Assembly (NCBI RefSeq): GCF_009914755.1
Contig: NC_060934.1
Length of the DNA: 64,000 nucleotides
Direction: 5' to 3' (one strand)
DNA from: the human T2T-CHM13v2.0 reference genome, Homo sapiens
Position 1 is the stretch's first letter. Every line of letters begins with the position of its first letter. The translations under genes were made by a program, and so were the position numbers. The notes beneath the pieces are model-generated. The model did no database searches. It was given only the letters and a program-made list of their open reading frames with translations, and had not been told where the DNA came from. This document shows, piece after piece, positions 47,810 through 59,840 of this stretch.

Positions 47810-48320
47810 CAGCTCTGCAGTTTTGCATCACTGGAATGAAATGAATAGTGCTTTGCAGACAGGAGCTAAATTTTCCTACCTCTCACTGGCCGTTTATGTG
47901 ACTCTACGGTTTTCAAATGGTGCGATGCAGGAGGATGCCAAATGTCCTGCCATTTCATAACCAGCAGCAGACAGAGCTCTTTTCAAAATGCCACCGCTTG
48001 GAGCATCTGTTGTTTTTAAGTAAGATGATCAAATGTTGTAGAGGACTTCAATTTTGGTTTTCCCATCACTTATCGAGCAAGAATAATTTGCAGTTTGCGG
48101 GCAAAAGGAACGTGTTAGGGCCATTGTGGCAATGGCTGCGTTGTTTGTGTTCCTGTTTATTACTGATTGTAAAATAAACTTTGGCCTTTTAAAATAAATG
48201 TTATAAAAATGCTCTGTGAATCCAGAGAGTGTCACTCATTAAGTCCATTTAACATCATCGTCATTAAAAATGCAACACTGTTGCATTCAGGACCCATGCC
48301 CATAAAATCCACATTGCCAA
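47810..48320. promoter_or_regulatory. Candidate enhancer with a perfect FOX:ETS composite and SOX-like sites
   Basis: TTCCTGTTTAT (rc ATAAACAGGAA) at 48150-48160, GCCATTG-tgg-CAATGGC at 48120-48136, TTGTTTG at 48141, CCCATAAAA at 48299. Confidence 0.45.
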
Positions 48321-50269
48321 ACGGAGGAGTTTCGTGGCTACGTGACAACCTTACCCTCAGAAGGGGAAAGGAGCAGGCCCACCCAGGAGTGTGTGTGCAC
48401 AAGTGCACACAGACACACTCACGCACACGGCCCTCCGTGAGGTCTCTGGAAATCCTCGGCTGATTAGATAGCATCTCCAATGGAATGCTTTTAGCCGCCT
48501 CACGCTTCTTCAAGGAAAATATGAACAACAACAAAACACAGGCAAAGGCAGCTACAGACAAGATTTCATTTTGGTGAAAAAGTCACAAGAGAGAACTGCG
48601 GTGGCTGGAGCCACCTGGGAAGTGTCGACAAGGCTGAAAGCTCCCCCTCCCCTCCACATAACCTCTGATGACTGCTTTTGATATTTGGAGATGACACAAA
48701 CCAGAGGGCATGGAGACGGGGTGAGCCGGCAGGACCCCTCTAGTTGGAGGGGCTGTTCTGACTCCATTTCCACCTTCCAGGCTCTGTGTTCAGTCTTTTT
48801 CTCAAAGCCTTTGCAACACTCTTCTCCTGTGCTGTTTGCTCCCAACGCTTATGCCTAGGCTACTTTTGCCTTGGCGATACGGATTCAGACTAAATGGGCA
48901 CCCGTGTCTTGCTGTTGGGCCCCCAGCATGTTTCAGGTTTAGATTTAATTCGAGAAGGAGTGTTCCAAGCTGCTCTTGCAACACTCAGTTGCAAGGGTGG
49001 GCTTTTGTCTGGCATCCAGAGTCTGTGTGGGTGTAAACCAAAATATTGACCATTATGTAAAATGCAAGAAATAAGCGTGCTATCAAATTTCAAGCTTTAT
49101 TTTCACGGAATTTCGCTGCCTAATTGCTTTCGGTGAGGCTTCACTTAAGTGATAAATAAAAAATTCATTACTTAGTTAATAGTTCTTTCATCAGGAAAAG
49201 TGTTTTAAGATGAGGCTGTGAGTCACGGTTGTTTTCTTCCCTACCTGCGGACTGGTGTGGAAGAGTCAGACCTTTCCGAATGGCGGCTGGTCCTCCGTAG
49301 CAGGGCTCTCCCCTCTGCTGAGGCAGGGAAGGAGGGCCGCTTGCCGCAGGGACTCCAGGTCCCAGTGATGGCACAAGCATGTCCTTTGATACTCATGAAA
49401 ATGACCAAAGCAACCGAACAGCACTCTGTCTAGAGGTTCTAACACCAGAGAGGCCCTGGTCTCTACAGAACACAGGCAACTGTTCTTTCTGGAACTTTCT
49501 CCAACTTGAACACATCTCTCCTCTGTCCTCTGTCTCCTTCCATTTGTTTTCTTGTCAGCCAACCGGAGGGTCAACTACCAGAACAGGAGCAGGTGAGTTC
49601 ACCCCCGTGCCCCTACAGCCCCCACTTCACCCCGGGCACCACCCCACCCACCTCAGCCAAAGAGAGTCAGTTCAGGAGGCCAAGGAGAGCTACTCTTCCT
49701 GCCTACTCTAAGAAACTTTGAGCCACATCTAAGCCAATATAAGTGACATCCCTGGTACAGTGATGGTGTTAAGTCACATGAAAAGCCATCGACACATGCA
49801 GTAGCCGTTGTCCCCATCCACTAAGGGCGGGGGGGGCCTCATTCGTCTGAGAAGTCGCTAAGACTCTGCCAGGGAATCATGGTCTGGCTGACCCACTATG
49901 GACTTCAGCCTTCTCCAGAGAGTTGTTTTCTCCGTAAACTAAATTTTGCACTGCACACTCCCAATATCATTAGTATTAGCAACCCAGAGGCATTTCTGCA
50001 GCAGCAATGGCAGCAGCACAGCCCGCCCCACCTCCCTGCCGTGGAGCCCTGCTGCAGAGATGAGCAATGTGTCCCTGGCAGACGCCACACAGAGGGAGGT
50101 CCTGCAGTCATGCCTTCCCCCGAGGGGCTGGCCCTTCTCATGGACAAGCCCACTGCTCCTGTGCCTCACACTGCAAGACCGTCTGCAGATGCTGCAGCCT
50201 CTACTTTCTCTTCTGTGTGCCAGTTGCTCTGCTTCCTGCAGAGAAATAACCTCCGTCACAGTGCATGGG

Positions 50270-50420
50270 GCTGAGAAGGACCTTCAAGAACATTTCATCC
50301 TTTCAGTTTGATGACAAAGAAATGGAAGCTCAGGAAAGGGTAACTTTCCCCATGTCAGGAATCCAGGGATGGCCAAGGTCAGTGCCAGTCCAGGCCCATG
50401 CTCTGTTGCCTGGGTCTCTA
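50270..50420 (-). mobile_element. MIR SINE
   Basis: 'gacaaagaaatggaagctcaggaaagggtaactttccccatgtca' matches the reverse MIR core. Confidence 0.55.
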
Positions 50421-51389
50421 GTTTGTGACCTGATGTCTGTCACTGAGGCATCTCCTGGGGTTTCCCCTTCTGAGAAGGGGGCTGTTGGCACCATCCAACA
50501 AAAGGCAATGTGATCTTTCAGAGGCCCTGGTGCACGAAGCTGGCCCTCCTGCCTTCATGCCATCTTTAGGTGTGTCCAGCCTGAATATGTAGCTTACCTG
50601 CTTAGACCTTTACAGCGGCTCACACAAGTCTACGGGTCAACATGGGTTGCTGTTCACTCTGGCCTTAATTGACCTTGCATTCCGTGTCCATGTCTCAGCC
50701 TCGTTGCTGTATTCACTAAGTCTTGAGGACTGTCCTTGTCTGCAAATTCCTTCCATTCAGCCCTAGATAGGTGGGCTCCGCCCTCCATAGCCCGTCTGCC
50801 ACCCCTAGCCTTTGGCTCCTCACTGACATGTTGTTCATCCTGGAGGCTGGCCCTGCCTCTGAGGCCTGGCTGAGGCGTTTCTCACACGCATGCCCTGGCA
50901 TGTCTCTCTCTGTGGTCATATCCCCTAAAATTCTGCAGTATCACTGACTGTTTACTGGTCAGCCACTCCCACGTGGATGGTGACCTTCACATACATGGTG
51001 GGGGCCACGTCTGCCTTGCACAGCTGGGTCATCACTGGCACCTAGCAGGCTGACAGAGCTCCACACACATCCCTTTAGGAAGAAGTGGTAGATGGAAACC
51101 TTCCCTAGGGAGCCTTTCCCCTCATCCAAGGTAGTCATCCTCACCCGGTCCTCCAAGAACCCATTCTACTTCATCTGTACCCTCATGTGGCTGTTCACAA
51201 GGGTGCCTTGATGCCATCATATGCATAATGACAGACATGTTCTTCTGATAGTCACAATAATGGATTTAACACCCAAGCCTTGCAAAGCATTCTACTATAC
51301 ACTCTTCTACGAGCTTCAGGAAGCGTTACCGAGAACCTCCAAGGGCCTGGCACTGATTTGGGGACAGGGTCAGACAAGGTGCTGCACAC

Positions 51390-51777
<388 letters not shown>

Positions 51778-54289
51778 GGCACTGAAAGCTAAGGCAAATC
51801 ACTGCCCTTAAGGGGCTATGGCCTGAGGAGGAGCATTGTTAATTATTCTGTAGCTGAGTGCCGGGAAATATGAGGATGGGAGGGAGAGGCAACTGTGGGC
51901 TTCCAAGACCTGATGCTTGAGCTGAGTTTGAGGAAGGGAAAGATTCTGGAATCATAAGTGAATACATGCTGCATGAATGAATGACGGCAAGAGAGTGAAG
52001 TGAGGAAGGGGCCAGTTGCCCAGCCGCCCTCCTCCTCACCTGGTGAATGACCTAACTTCTTGTCCATCTGAGAACAGCACCTGTGAGTGCAGGAGATGCC
52101 TCCTTGTTTCCTCCTCTTTGCCACGCATTGAAATTTGTGACTTGTTCTAGAAAGAATTCCTCATTGTCCAAAGAAAGCAAACTCTAGCCAATTCTTCAAC
52201 TCAGGTTCCTTTTTATTTCTACACAATAGAAATGAAACTTGCATCTTACCTCAAAATTTTAAATGATTATTTTAATTGTCCCCTGCCCCAAGCAGAGTCT
52301 AGTTTTTGTTTGTTTTCTTTGGGTCCATTTGTTCTTCTGTTTTTCTGCTCGATCCAAGTGCTCAGATGTGCTTTGTTCGAACCTCTCCATCCAGGTGTTC
52401 ACCCTTCTCTGTCCAGGTCACCTGCAAACTCAGGGTGAGATTTGCAATGCCAGCTTGAGACAGTTTCCATGGCGTGAAGTGGGATTTGTCATGAAATTCT
52501 CAGCACAACCAATACGTTTTCTCTTTTTATCTAATGTCAAAATATAGCTGTTTGCAATTTTTGTCTCCTATTTGAGTTTTGTGTTTGACTTTGTTATTTA
52601 GGGACCAAGAGTTTATAAAAAGTCTGGCTTGAAGCAGCCTGGAGGTAACTGCCTGGAGGCCCCTGGCTCAGTGGAGGGAGCACAGACCAGGTCTTTTCTT
52701 GTGTGCTCGAGGCTTCCTGAGCTTGGTGCCTGCACCCACCCTGCCTCCTATTACTCTACAGGCACTGTCTTCCTTTAAGGCCAAGTTGCGTCTGCAGCTG
52801 CAAAGGCCACTTCTGGGGGACGGGGAGGTGAACAAGAAGCAAGGCAGGGCTCTCAGAGTATGAAAAAGAAGTAATTACCTTCTACTCATCCCAGGACTCC
52901 TTTAATTATGGGCTCTGAGCAGGAAGAAGTAAATATCCCAGGCCTTGACCCTAGACCCCTCTCCAAGGAAACTGGGTCTTCCTTATTCTCTGGGGCCACA
53001 GCCAGAGCACCAGATCCTCCCCGTGGCTAAGAGCGCAGTCCAGCTGCTCCTCCTTCTTAGCTGCAGCACGGCCCAGCCAGGTAGACATGGCTCTTGGGTT
53101 CTTGAAGAATCCAGAGAGGCCGTGGATGGGAAGTGGGGGTTCCCAGAACAAGCATTTATCACATAAAGTCCACACAATCCAGAGTATGCAGGAATGTTTC
53201 TCCAGATGCAAGTCTTAGGATTCTAGAGCTTTCCTGTGTTACAGTCCCAGAGGAGGAGGGTCACTGAAAGGTGGCTTTCAATCAGTGAAACAACTAGCTT
53301 TGAAAGTGGAGGAGAGACAAAATGAAGGCAGACAAAGCTCAAAAAGGGAAGTGTGAAAAAAAACCATAAAGACTGGGAAAATGTGTACTGTTTTCAAGCG
53401 CCACCCCCGCCCCCACACAGGCAGAGCTTACAACGTTGAGAAACCGCACTGCTTCCCCGACATATCATTTCCATTTGTAGCAACCAGCAAGCCTGGAAGC
53501 CTCTTCCATCCCCTCCAGGCAAAGGGACTCCAGTCACCAGGCCCTGCCATTGCTGATGTCACCCTGTTTCAGATTCACCTTCCTCCTCAAGCTTGTCCCT
53601 GCTGTCATTGACTTGCACTGGGCTCTGGGCTCAAACCCCAGGTCTTTCCTTCAACCATTTCACAAATCTTATCCACACGGTGTCAAGTACTGTATTGGCT
53701 GTAGGGCACTTGGTGAGTCCCAGACTTCACTGTTGCTCTGTTTTTTAAAAAAAAAGCAAAGTAAAAGATAAAAGGAAAAGTTGTGCAGAGTCAGTGAAAG
53801 AATAAAATGTGATAATGAAAATAAACACAGGGCCTGGTACTGGACACAAAGGAAGAAACTGAAAAAGTACTTATTCTAGAGAAAGCATTCAGACTGTGGG
53901 CCCACTTGCTTCAATGACAGGCAAGCATGAAGTCCTCCATTGCGTGTCGTGATTCCTAACCTCAAAGAAAGGTTGACTTTTGGAGCTCAATGTTAAAGGC
54001 TAAGTAGATTTGAGAATCCAGATGGGTCTGGACAGTGCTGAAGGTGGCCCTTAACGGTACTCCAATCACGGCCAAATTGTGGCCCTCTTCCCAAGTTAAA
54101 GTTATTTGAGGACGTGTAGGAATTCGTTTGCCTCTTGAGGACCCAGCACTCTGAGCCCTGCTCCCTGATCTGATGGCCAGTGGTTAATGTGCAGTACGGG
54201 CTTTACACCCCCGATAGGACAGATGTGATGAAATCCCACAGGGATCCTTGGTACAACTGAGAAGAGGGCATCATGGAGACTCAACATGT

Positions 54290-54480
54290 GATTTAAAAGA
54301 CCATTGTGGCTATCATTAGCATGATGGTCAGCATCATTATTTTCATTATCCCCTGTGCTCAGCCTTATTAAACTTATTAAACCCTGGTTTATAAGTAGGG
54401 AAAGAGACTTGAGGAGGTAGAGCACTTGCTCAGGCTGGAGAGTCAGAGAGTCTCAGTGACAGATCCCAGGACCCCCTCCT
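54290..54480 (-). mobile_element. MIR SINE (degenerate)
   Basis: 'tttataagtagggaaagagacttgaggaggtagagcacttgctcaggct'. Confidence 0.45.
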
Positions 54481-56114
54481 CTTCCCCACACCATGCGTTT
54501 CAGGGTCCAACTGGTCAACCGGGATTGTCATCAACAAGCAGCAGTGGGACTTGGCCTATATATCTTCAGACCATTCTGGTCATGACATGGAGTTAGAAAT
54601 ATATATATATATACATATATCTCTCTTAAATACTTGAAATGGTTGAAAAGCTGTATTGTTCTTAGGGTCCACCTACAGGTATGAAGAAGGCTTTTTTTGC
54701 TCTTTTCCCAGAATGTTCTACAACAGTAGAAACAAAGTAACAGGTCACCTCTGTGCCTTTGACAACTGGACGCTTTCCAAGGTGGGGCTAAAAATAAGTG
54801 ATGGGTGAGACCTTTCTCTTCACATGTCGGTGAGAACTGGATTGGGTCAAAAACGTTTCCTTCTCTTTGAAGGAAAGAGACATGTTGAGTGGAGAGAGAA
54901 GCAGCTGTTGTCAGGGAAACCAGGTTTTGGGTTTGGCTCCATGGGTCAGGAGTCAGGGCACGTAGGGCGGGACTTTATTCTTGCCTGTCATTGGAGAGGG
55001 TTGGCCCACGATCTGAATGCCAAGAGCGCTCCTCTCTCCAAAGTGCCAAGCTTCCCTGCATTTAAAGGCCAGCAATCGGGAGGCTCTCGTGGTACAGCTG
55101 TTTAGCCACAGTGGTCCTCCAGGCACCTGGTGGCAGAGCCAAAGACACAGTCATTTGCAACTTGGTAGCATACAATCCCCAGGTCTAGGACCAGAAATGA
55201 CTGTCAGGGGCAGAGATGGGGATAGAGGTGGAGATACCATGGGAAGAGGGAGGTGATGCACCTGCTGTGGCCTGGCTAAGGACTGAAGTGGGGGGAAGCT
55301 CCCAAAACTAGAGGTGGGAACTTTTCGTGGCAACTCACTTTTAACAAACTACTTCCAAAGCTGCTTTAAATCATTTACCTGCTTCAATATCCCAACCACC
55401 CACGTTATTTTCCATCCATCCCCATCCCTACAGGCTATCTCCCCCAAATCAGTAAATCCAATTTGTCATCACTCAGATACATTTTCAGGCTCTGAACAAC
55501 CATTTTTTATATAAACCAAATGGGATTAACTTCCATCAATTGTTTAACTGCAATCAAGACATGTTCATAAACAATGTAAATATATTTACTACATTCTTCA
55601 CAAGACAAGCTCCACAACCAGCCAAGAAAGCGGGATAAGAGGGAGCCCTTCCTGATGCTTCATGGAACGATGAATGAGTATGGATTGCTATGTCTCTTTA
55701 ATTTTACCTTGGCTTGAGGGAGCCTTATTTTCCTAGGGATTTAGGTTAGCTCCCAGATGGTAAAAATCAGGATCAATCTTTTTTCGAGTTAAAAATCACT
55801 CTCACATCCATTCTTGCCATTTCTCCTCTAGGCTCTCATTTCCCAGTACCTCGCTAAAAATAACTGCCAGTGGTTTGTGGAATTTGTTTGCTAATTCCCT
55901 CACTCCCCAAAGGTACTTGCTGGTGACATGCAATAAACTTGACGGGCTCAAATTTCATAAGTGATCTTGCATTGTCACTCAGTGTTTCTTGGTGGATATA
56001 ACCATTTCTGAACTCCCTCAAGTTTACGTGTGCTGTTTTTCTTGTAAAACAAAAACACTGGTGCTTTAGAAAGTTAAGAGGACCATGTGTTTTACCTCTT
56101 TCATGCATTACTTG

Positions 56115-56290
56115 GGTTTTTCATTGTTTGTATTCAAGGAGTACTCCCATTGGTCAGGCACTGTTCTAGGCACATGGTCTCCATCAATGGACAAGATAGA
56201 CAGCGGTTCCTGCTCTCACGGGCATACTCTGGTGGAACGGGGCAGACAAAGCAGGATACACATGACCAATAAGTGATGCATAGGGCTTGT
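56115..56290 (-). mobile_element. LINE-2 3' end
   Basis: 'ttcattgtttgtattcaa...caggcactgttctaggcac...gacaagatagac..cggttcctgctctcacgggg'. Confidence 0.75.
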
Positions 56291-59200
56291 TGGAAGGTGG
56301 TAAGCATGGGTGGAAACAAGAATAGGAGAAGATAGTGGCCTTTGGATGGGTGCCTTGCCGGTTTTCTGAAGTGGGACTGCAAGTCTTCACGAGCTGTCAC
56401 TTAGCCTTGGCAAAGAGCACCAGTACCCGGGCACCCCTCTGTGTGACACCCGTCCTAAGCCACCCTCTCCTGTGTCTTCAGCGGGGCTGCGCTCACTGCT
56501 TTTTCTCTCCCTCTGAGCACTTTCCCCTTTCCCCTTACTGCCATGGCTCTGCCTGGCTCTGTTCTCTTTTGTTCTCTGGCCTACAGATGCCCACTGAGCT
56601 TCCTTCGGTGACTGTCCTTTGCTAGTGTGGACTCTGGAATTTTAGTCTCTCCTTTGTCCATCAAGCAGAATGCATTTCAGCCATCTTCTGAACCAGCCCA
56701 ACGGCACTGTACTGCTTTACCTTTAGGGTGAGGAAAGTTTATTTTCACAGAAGCAGGGGAATGGAGAATGGAATAAAACATTGGGAAAAATCAGAAATCA
56801 CTGGTTCTAATTTGAACAGTTTTTGTGAAAACCTCTTGCATATCATGTTGTGAATATCTTCATTTTAGTCAATAGAGTCTTGCCTCCCTGTGTAGATTGT
56901 CATAGACTAAGTGTGAAAATTATGGAAACACTTGCCTTTGTGCAAAGAAATGTCCATTTTCTTGGGATCCGATCAGCGCTTGGCAGTTTGTTATTTAGGA
57001 TGTGTTGCTAGATGTTTGTTGACACTCTACACCCAGATTAGAAAGTACATTTCTGTGCTGAATCCATTCCATTTGACCTGTCTTTCTGGGCCACTCTCTG
57101 TGACGAATCCCAGTTTTCTCCTCGTTTCTGCAGCCTGGTTGCTGCCTCCCCACAATCCTTCACTGCCCCTACCCCGCCTCCCCGTCTTTATGCCCCATGA
57201 ATCCTGGGCATCCTGCCATCCCATTACAGCCTTCTTCCGCACTCCCCCTCTCCAGCTCCACAGCCTCCCCCTTCCTCTGACCTCTCAGGCAGTTCCTGGC
57301 ACACCTCCAAGACCCCCTACCTTTGGCTGTTAGAGTTGCGGAGCACAGCAGCTGTGACCGCTGCTCAGCTGGGCCCTGACACTGGGCGAAATGGAACCCT
57401 CCTAGACTCCACTTTGCAATGCACGGGAAAGCCTTCACATGCAGCCTGCAGGAGCTTTCCGGCCTGTGCAAGGGCTCCGGGGCCCTCGGGCAGCCCCTGG
57501 GAAGCTGTCCTGAAGAGGACATCCTCGGAGGCAGCCTCGGTGCCACCCGCCAAGGCCCAACCTTCTCCAAAGACCAAGTTCCCGCACATGTTAAGCTGCG
57601 GGTTAAATGTATCTTGGTTTGTTATTTTTGCCTCTGATCAACTTTTGCCAAGTTGTAACCTTCAAGTACAAGGCACACCAACAGACTCACGGTGGGATGG
57701 ACGCGTTCAGACGCAGTTCAGATGCACTTTTCATCATCTTTAAACTCCTTATTGAGGGAAGGAAAATGGAAAACATAGAACAATAATTGTTGCTCCAGTT
57801 TCATTTAAAAATAAAAGAACCGAAAGCAAACCACGACCGATATAAGAATCAAGTTATCAAGGTAGGGCTGTATGGAAAATTAGGTGAGCTCAAAACATTT
57901 TTACAGGGTAGCTAGGAAGGCGTGGACCCCAGGTCACAGAACCTTGTGAATCCTGTGTAGCATCTGATGGATTCAGGATCAGCTGCATCAACTGCCCTGA
58001 AATTCAATCCGGGGCCCCAGCTCCCGCTCCCTCCCCTGCAGACCATAAGTGTTCTTACGGGGCTTCAAACTTTTTTTTTTCCCCCTGGTTTGAACTCTGT
58101 AATTCTTCTCCTTCAATTTTTTCTAAAATAAAGAAAAGGGGGAGCGAGGAGTGAGCAATATGATCTTCCCAGAGATAGGAAGCAGGAATACGAGGCTCTT
58201 TGTTTCCATCCCTGAAGCCCCAGGACTGATGTCAAAGCCAGAAGGCCACTCTGAAAACGATGCAGGCCCGATTCTGCCTCATTTACATTTCAGCCCGCCT
58301 GCCTTCTGACTTGTGCAGAGGAATGCATCCTTATGTGGAAAATGCACATGCAGAAAAATAGAAAAAAGACATGCTATTGGAGAACAGATGCAATGTGTGA
58401 TGCCTGATCACTCCCTTAATGGAATGGTCATGATTTCGGGCTCCATTCAAGCAAATTCTGAGCCTCTGCTCATGGTCTCTTGCAATTTGAGTCACTGCCT
58501 TTGTTGTGTTTCTTTCTTTTCCTAATTCAGTCTCTTCCTAGTTTCTTAAATTAGGTCAACATACACATTCAAAAAATGCGAACTTCTCCCAAGTGCAGGA
58601 AATGGGGCCTGAAAAGCTAACGCAAGAATACAAAATCCTGCTGTTTAAGATGAAGAGCCTTTTGGTTGGATCCTGGAGCTCTGAGTCCAGTATTTAGTGA
58701 GATCATTGCCAGATTATTATTCTCCCTTTAAGGTCACTGGACTTTCATGCTGGATGTATCCTCTGTGATAGAGAGTTTACAAATAATGAAGCTGACTTTT
58801 CCAGTGCTCTCTTGCTGGTAACTGCAGACCTAGAAGTTCAAGTGTTCTGACTTTGGGGCTACTTACTTCTGAACTTCAGTTTATATCTTGGAATGCTTTT
58901 ACCAGAGGTATTTTGCATAAAGGTTTGCAAGATTTTTTTTCCTCTTATTTTGATTGTTTTTATTGTAAAATTATCCTATTTATACATTATTTTAGCTACA
59001 TTTTATGTAATTTTCATATTGTGTGACATGATAGTTTTTACTTTAATTTTCCCTTTCCAGAACACAATACCCAATTTTATACGCAAATCTATACAAGGAA
59101 ACACCCACATTTTACAGAGATCCAAGTGACGTAAAACCTCAGAAATGAATCAGCTTCTTACCAAAGTTGGTACCTGGCCCCGTGTATGCACATGGTTGGA

Positions 59201-59649
59201 GAAAAAAGATAAAACGATTTGTTTGTGACATTTCCGAGGGCTGGTCTGAGCTCATGGTTTCTGCATACATAGCAGGACCCGTCCAGGATGCGTGGCCACC
59301 TCAGAGGGCCATGGAGCTCCAGGCTGCCGGTGAGCCCTGCCTGGGGACACCAAGTCCCTGGAAATGTGTGCCACCTGCCCTGGCCTGAGAGCAAAGTTTC
59401 CTGGAGGGGGAAGCCAATGAACATCTGGTCGTGATGATGCTGGGCACCAGTGCAAGCCATCACTCTTGGCTATTTTCCGTAAGTGTGACCCAGCAGATAC
59501 TCAGAGTGTCTGGGCTGGTAAAAACGCTGAATCCAATTGAAACCTGAATGACAAAAAGGCTGGGTTGGGGAATGTGACAGTCCAGGCACTTGCCTCCTTC
59601 ATGCCTCGTGGGAAGCGTTGGGTCTTGAACTCCTTGTGAAATCTTCAAA

Positions 59650-59840
59650 CACATAATAAGAATTAATCGCCATTAGTTCTCTATTTTAACAGCTGCCTGC
59701 TACCCTCATGGCCCTCCGCAGCTGCGGACTTCTCTCCCTTTGCTGACATCATAATCCCATTACAGCTGGAAACCTGCACACATAAAATGCAGATTTAAGC
59801 TTATTTTGAAACAATTTATACTTGTTAATTGCTCCAGTCT
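59650..59840. promoter_or_regulatory. Candidate enhancer (CAGCTG E-boxes plus paired-homeodomain dimer sites)
   Basis: CAGCTG x3 (59689, 59719, about 59763), TAATCCCATTA at 59752, TAATCGCCATTA at 59664, CATAAAA. Confidence 0.4.
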
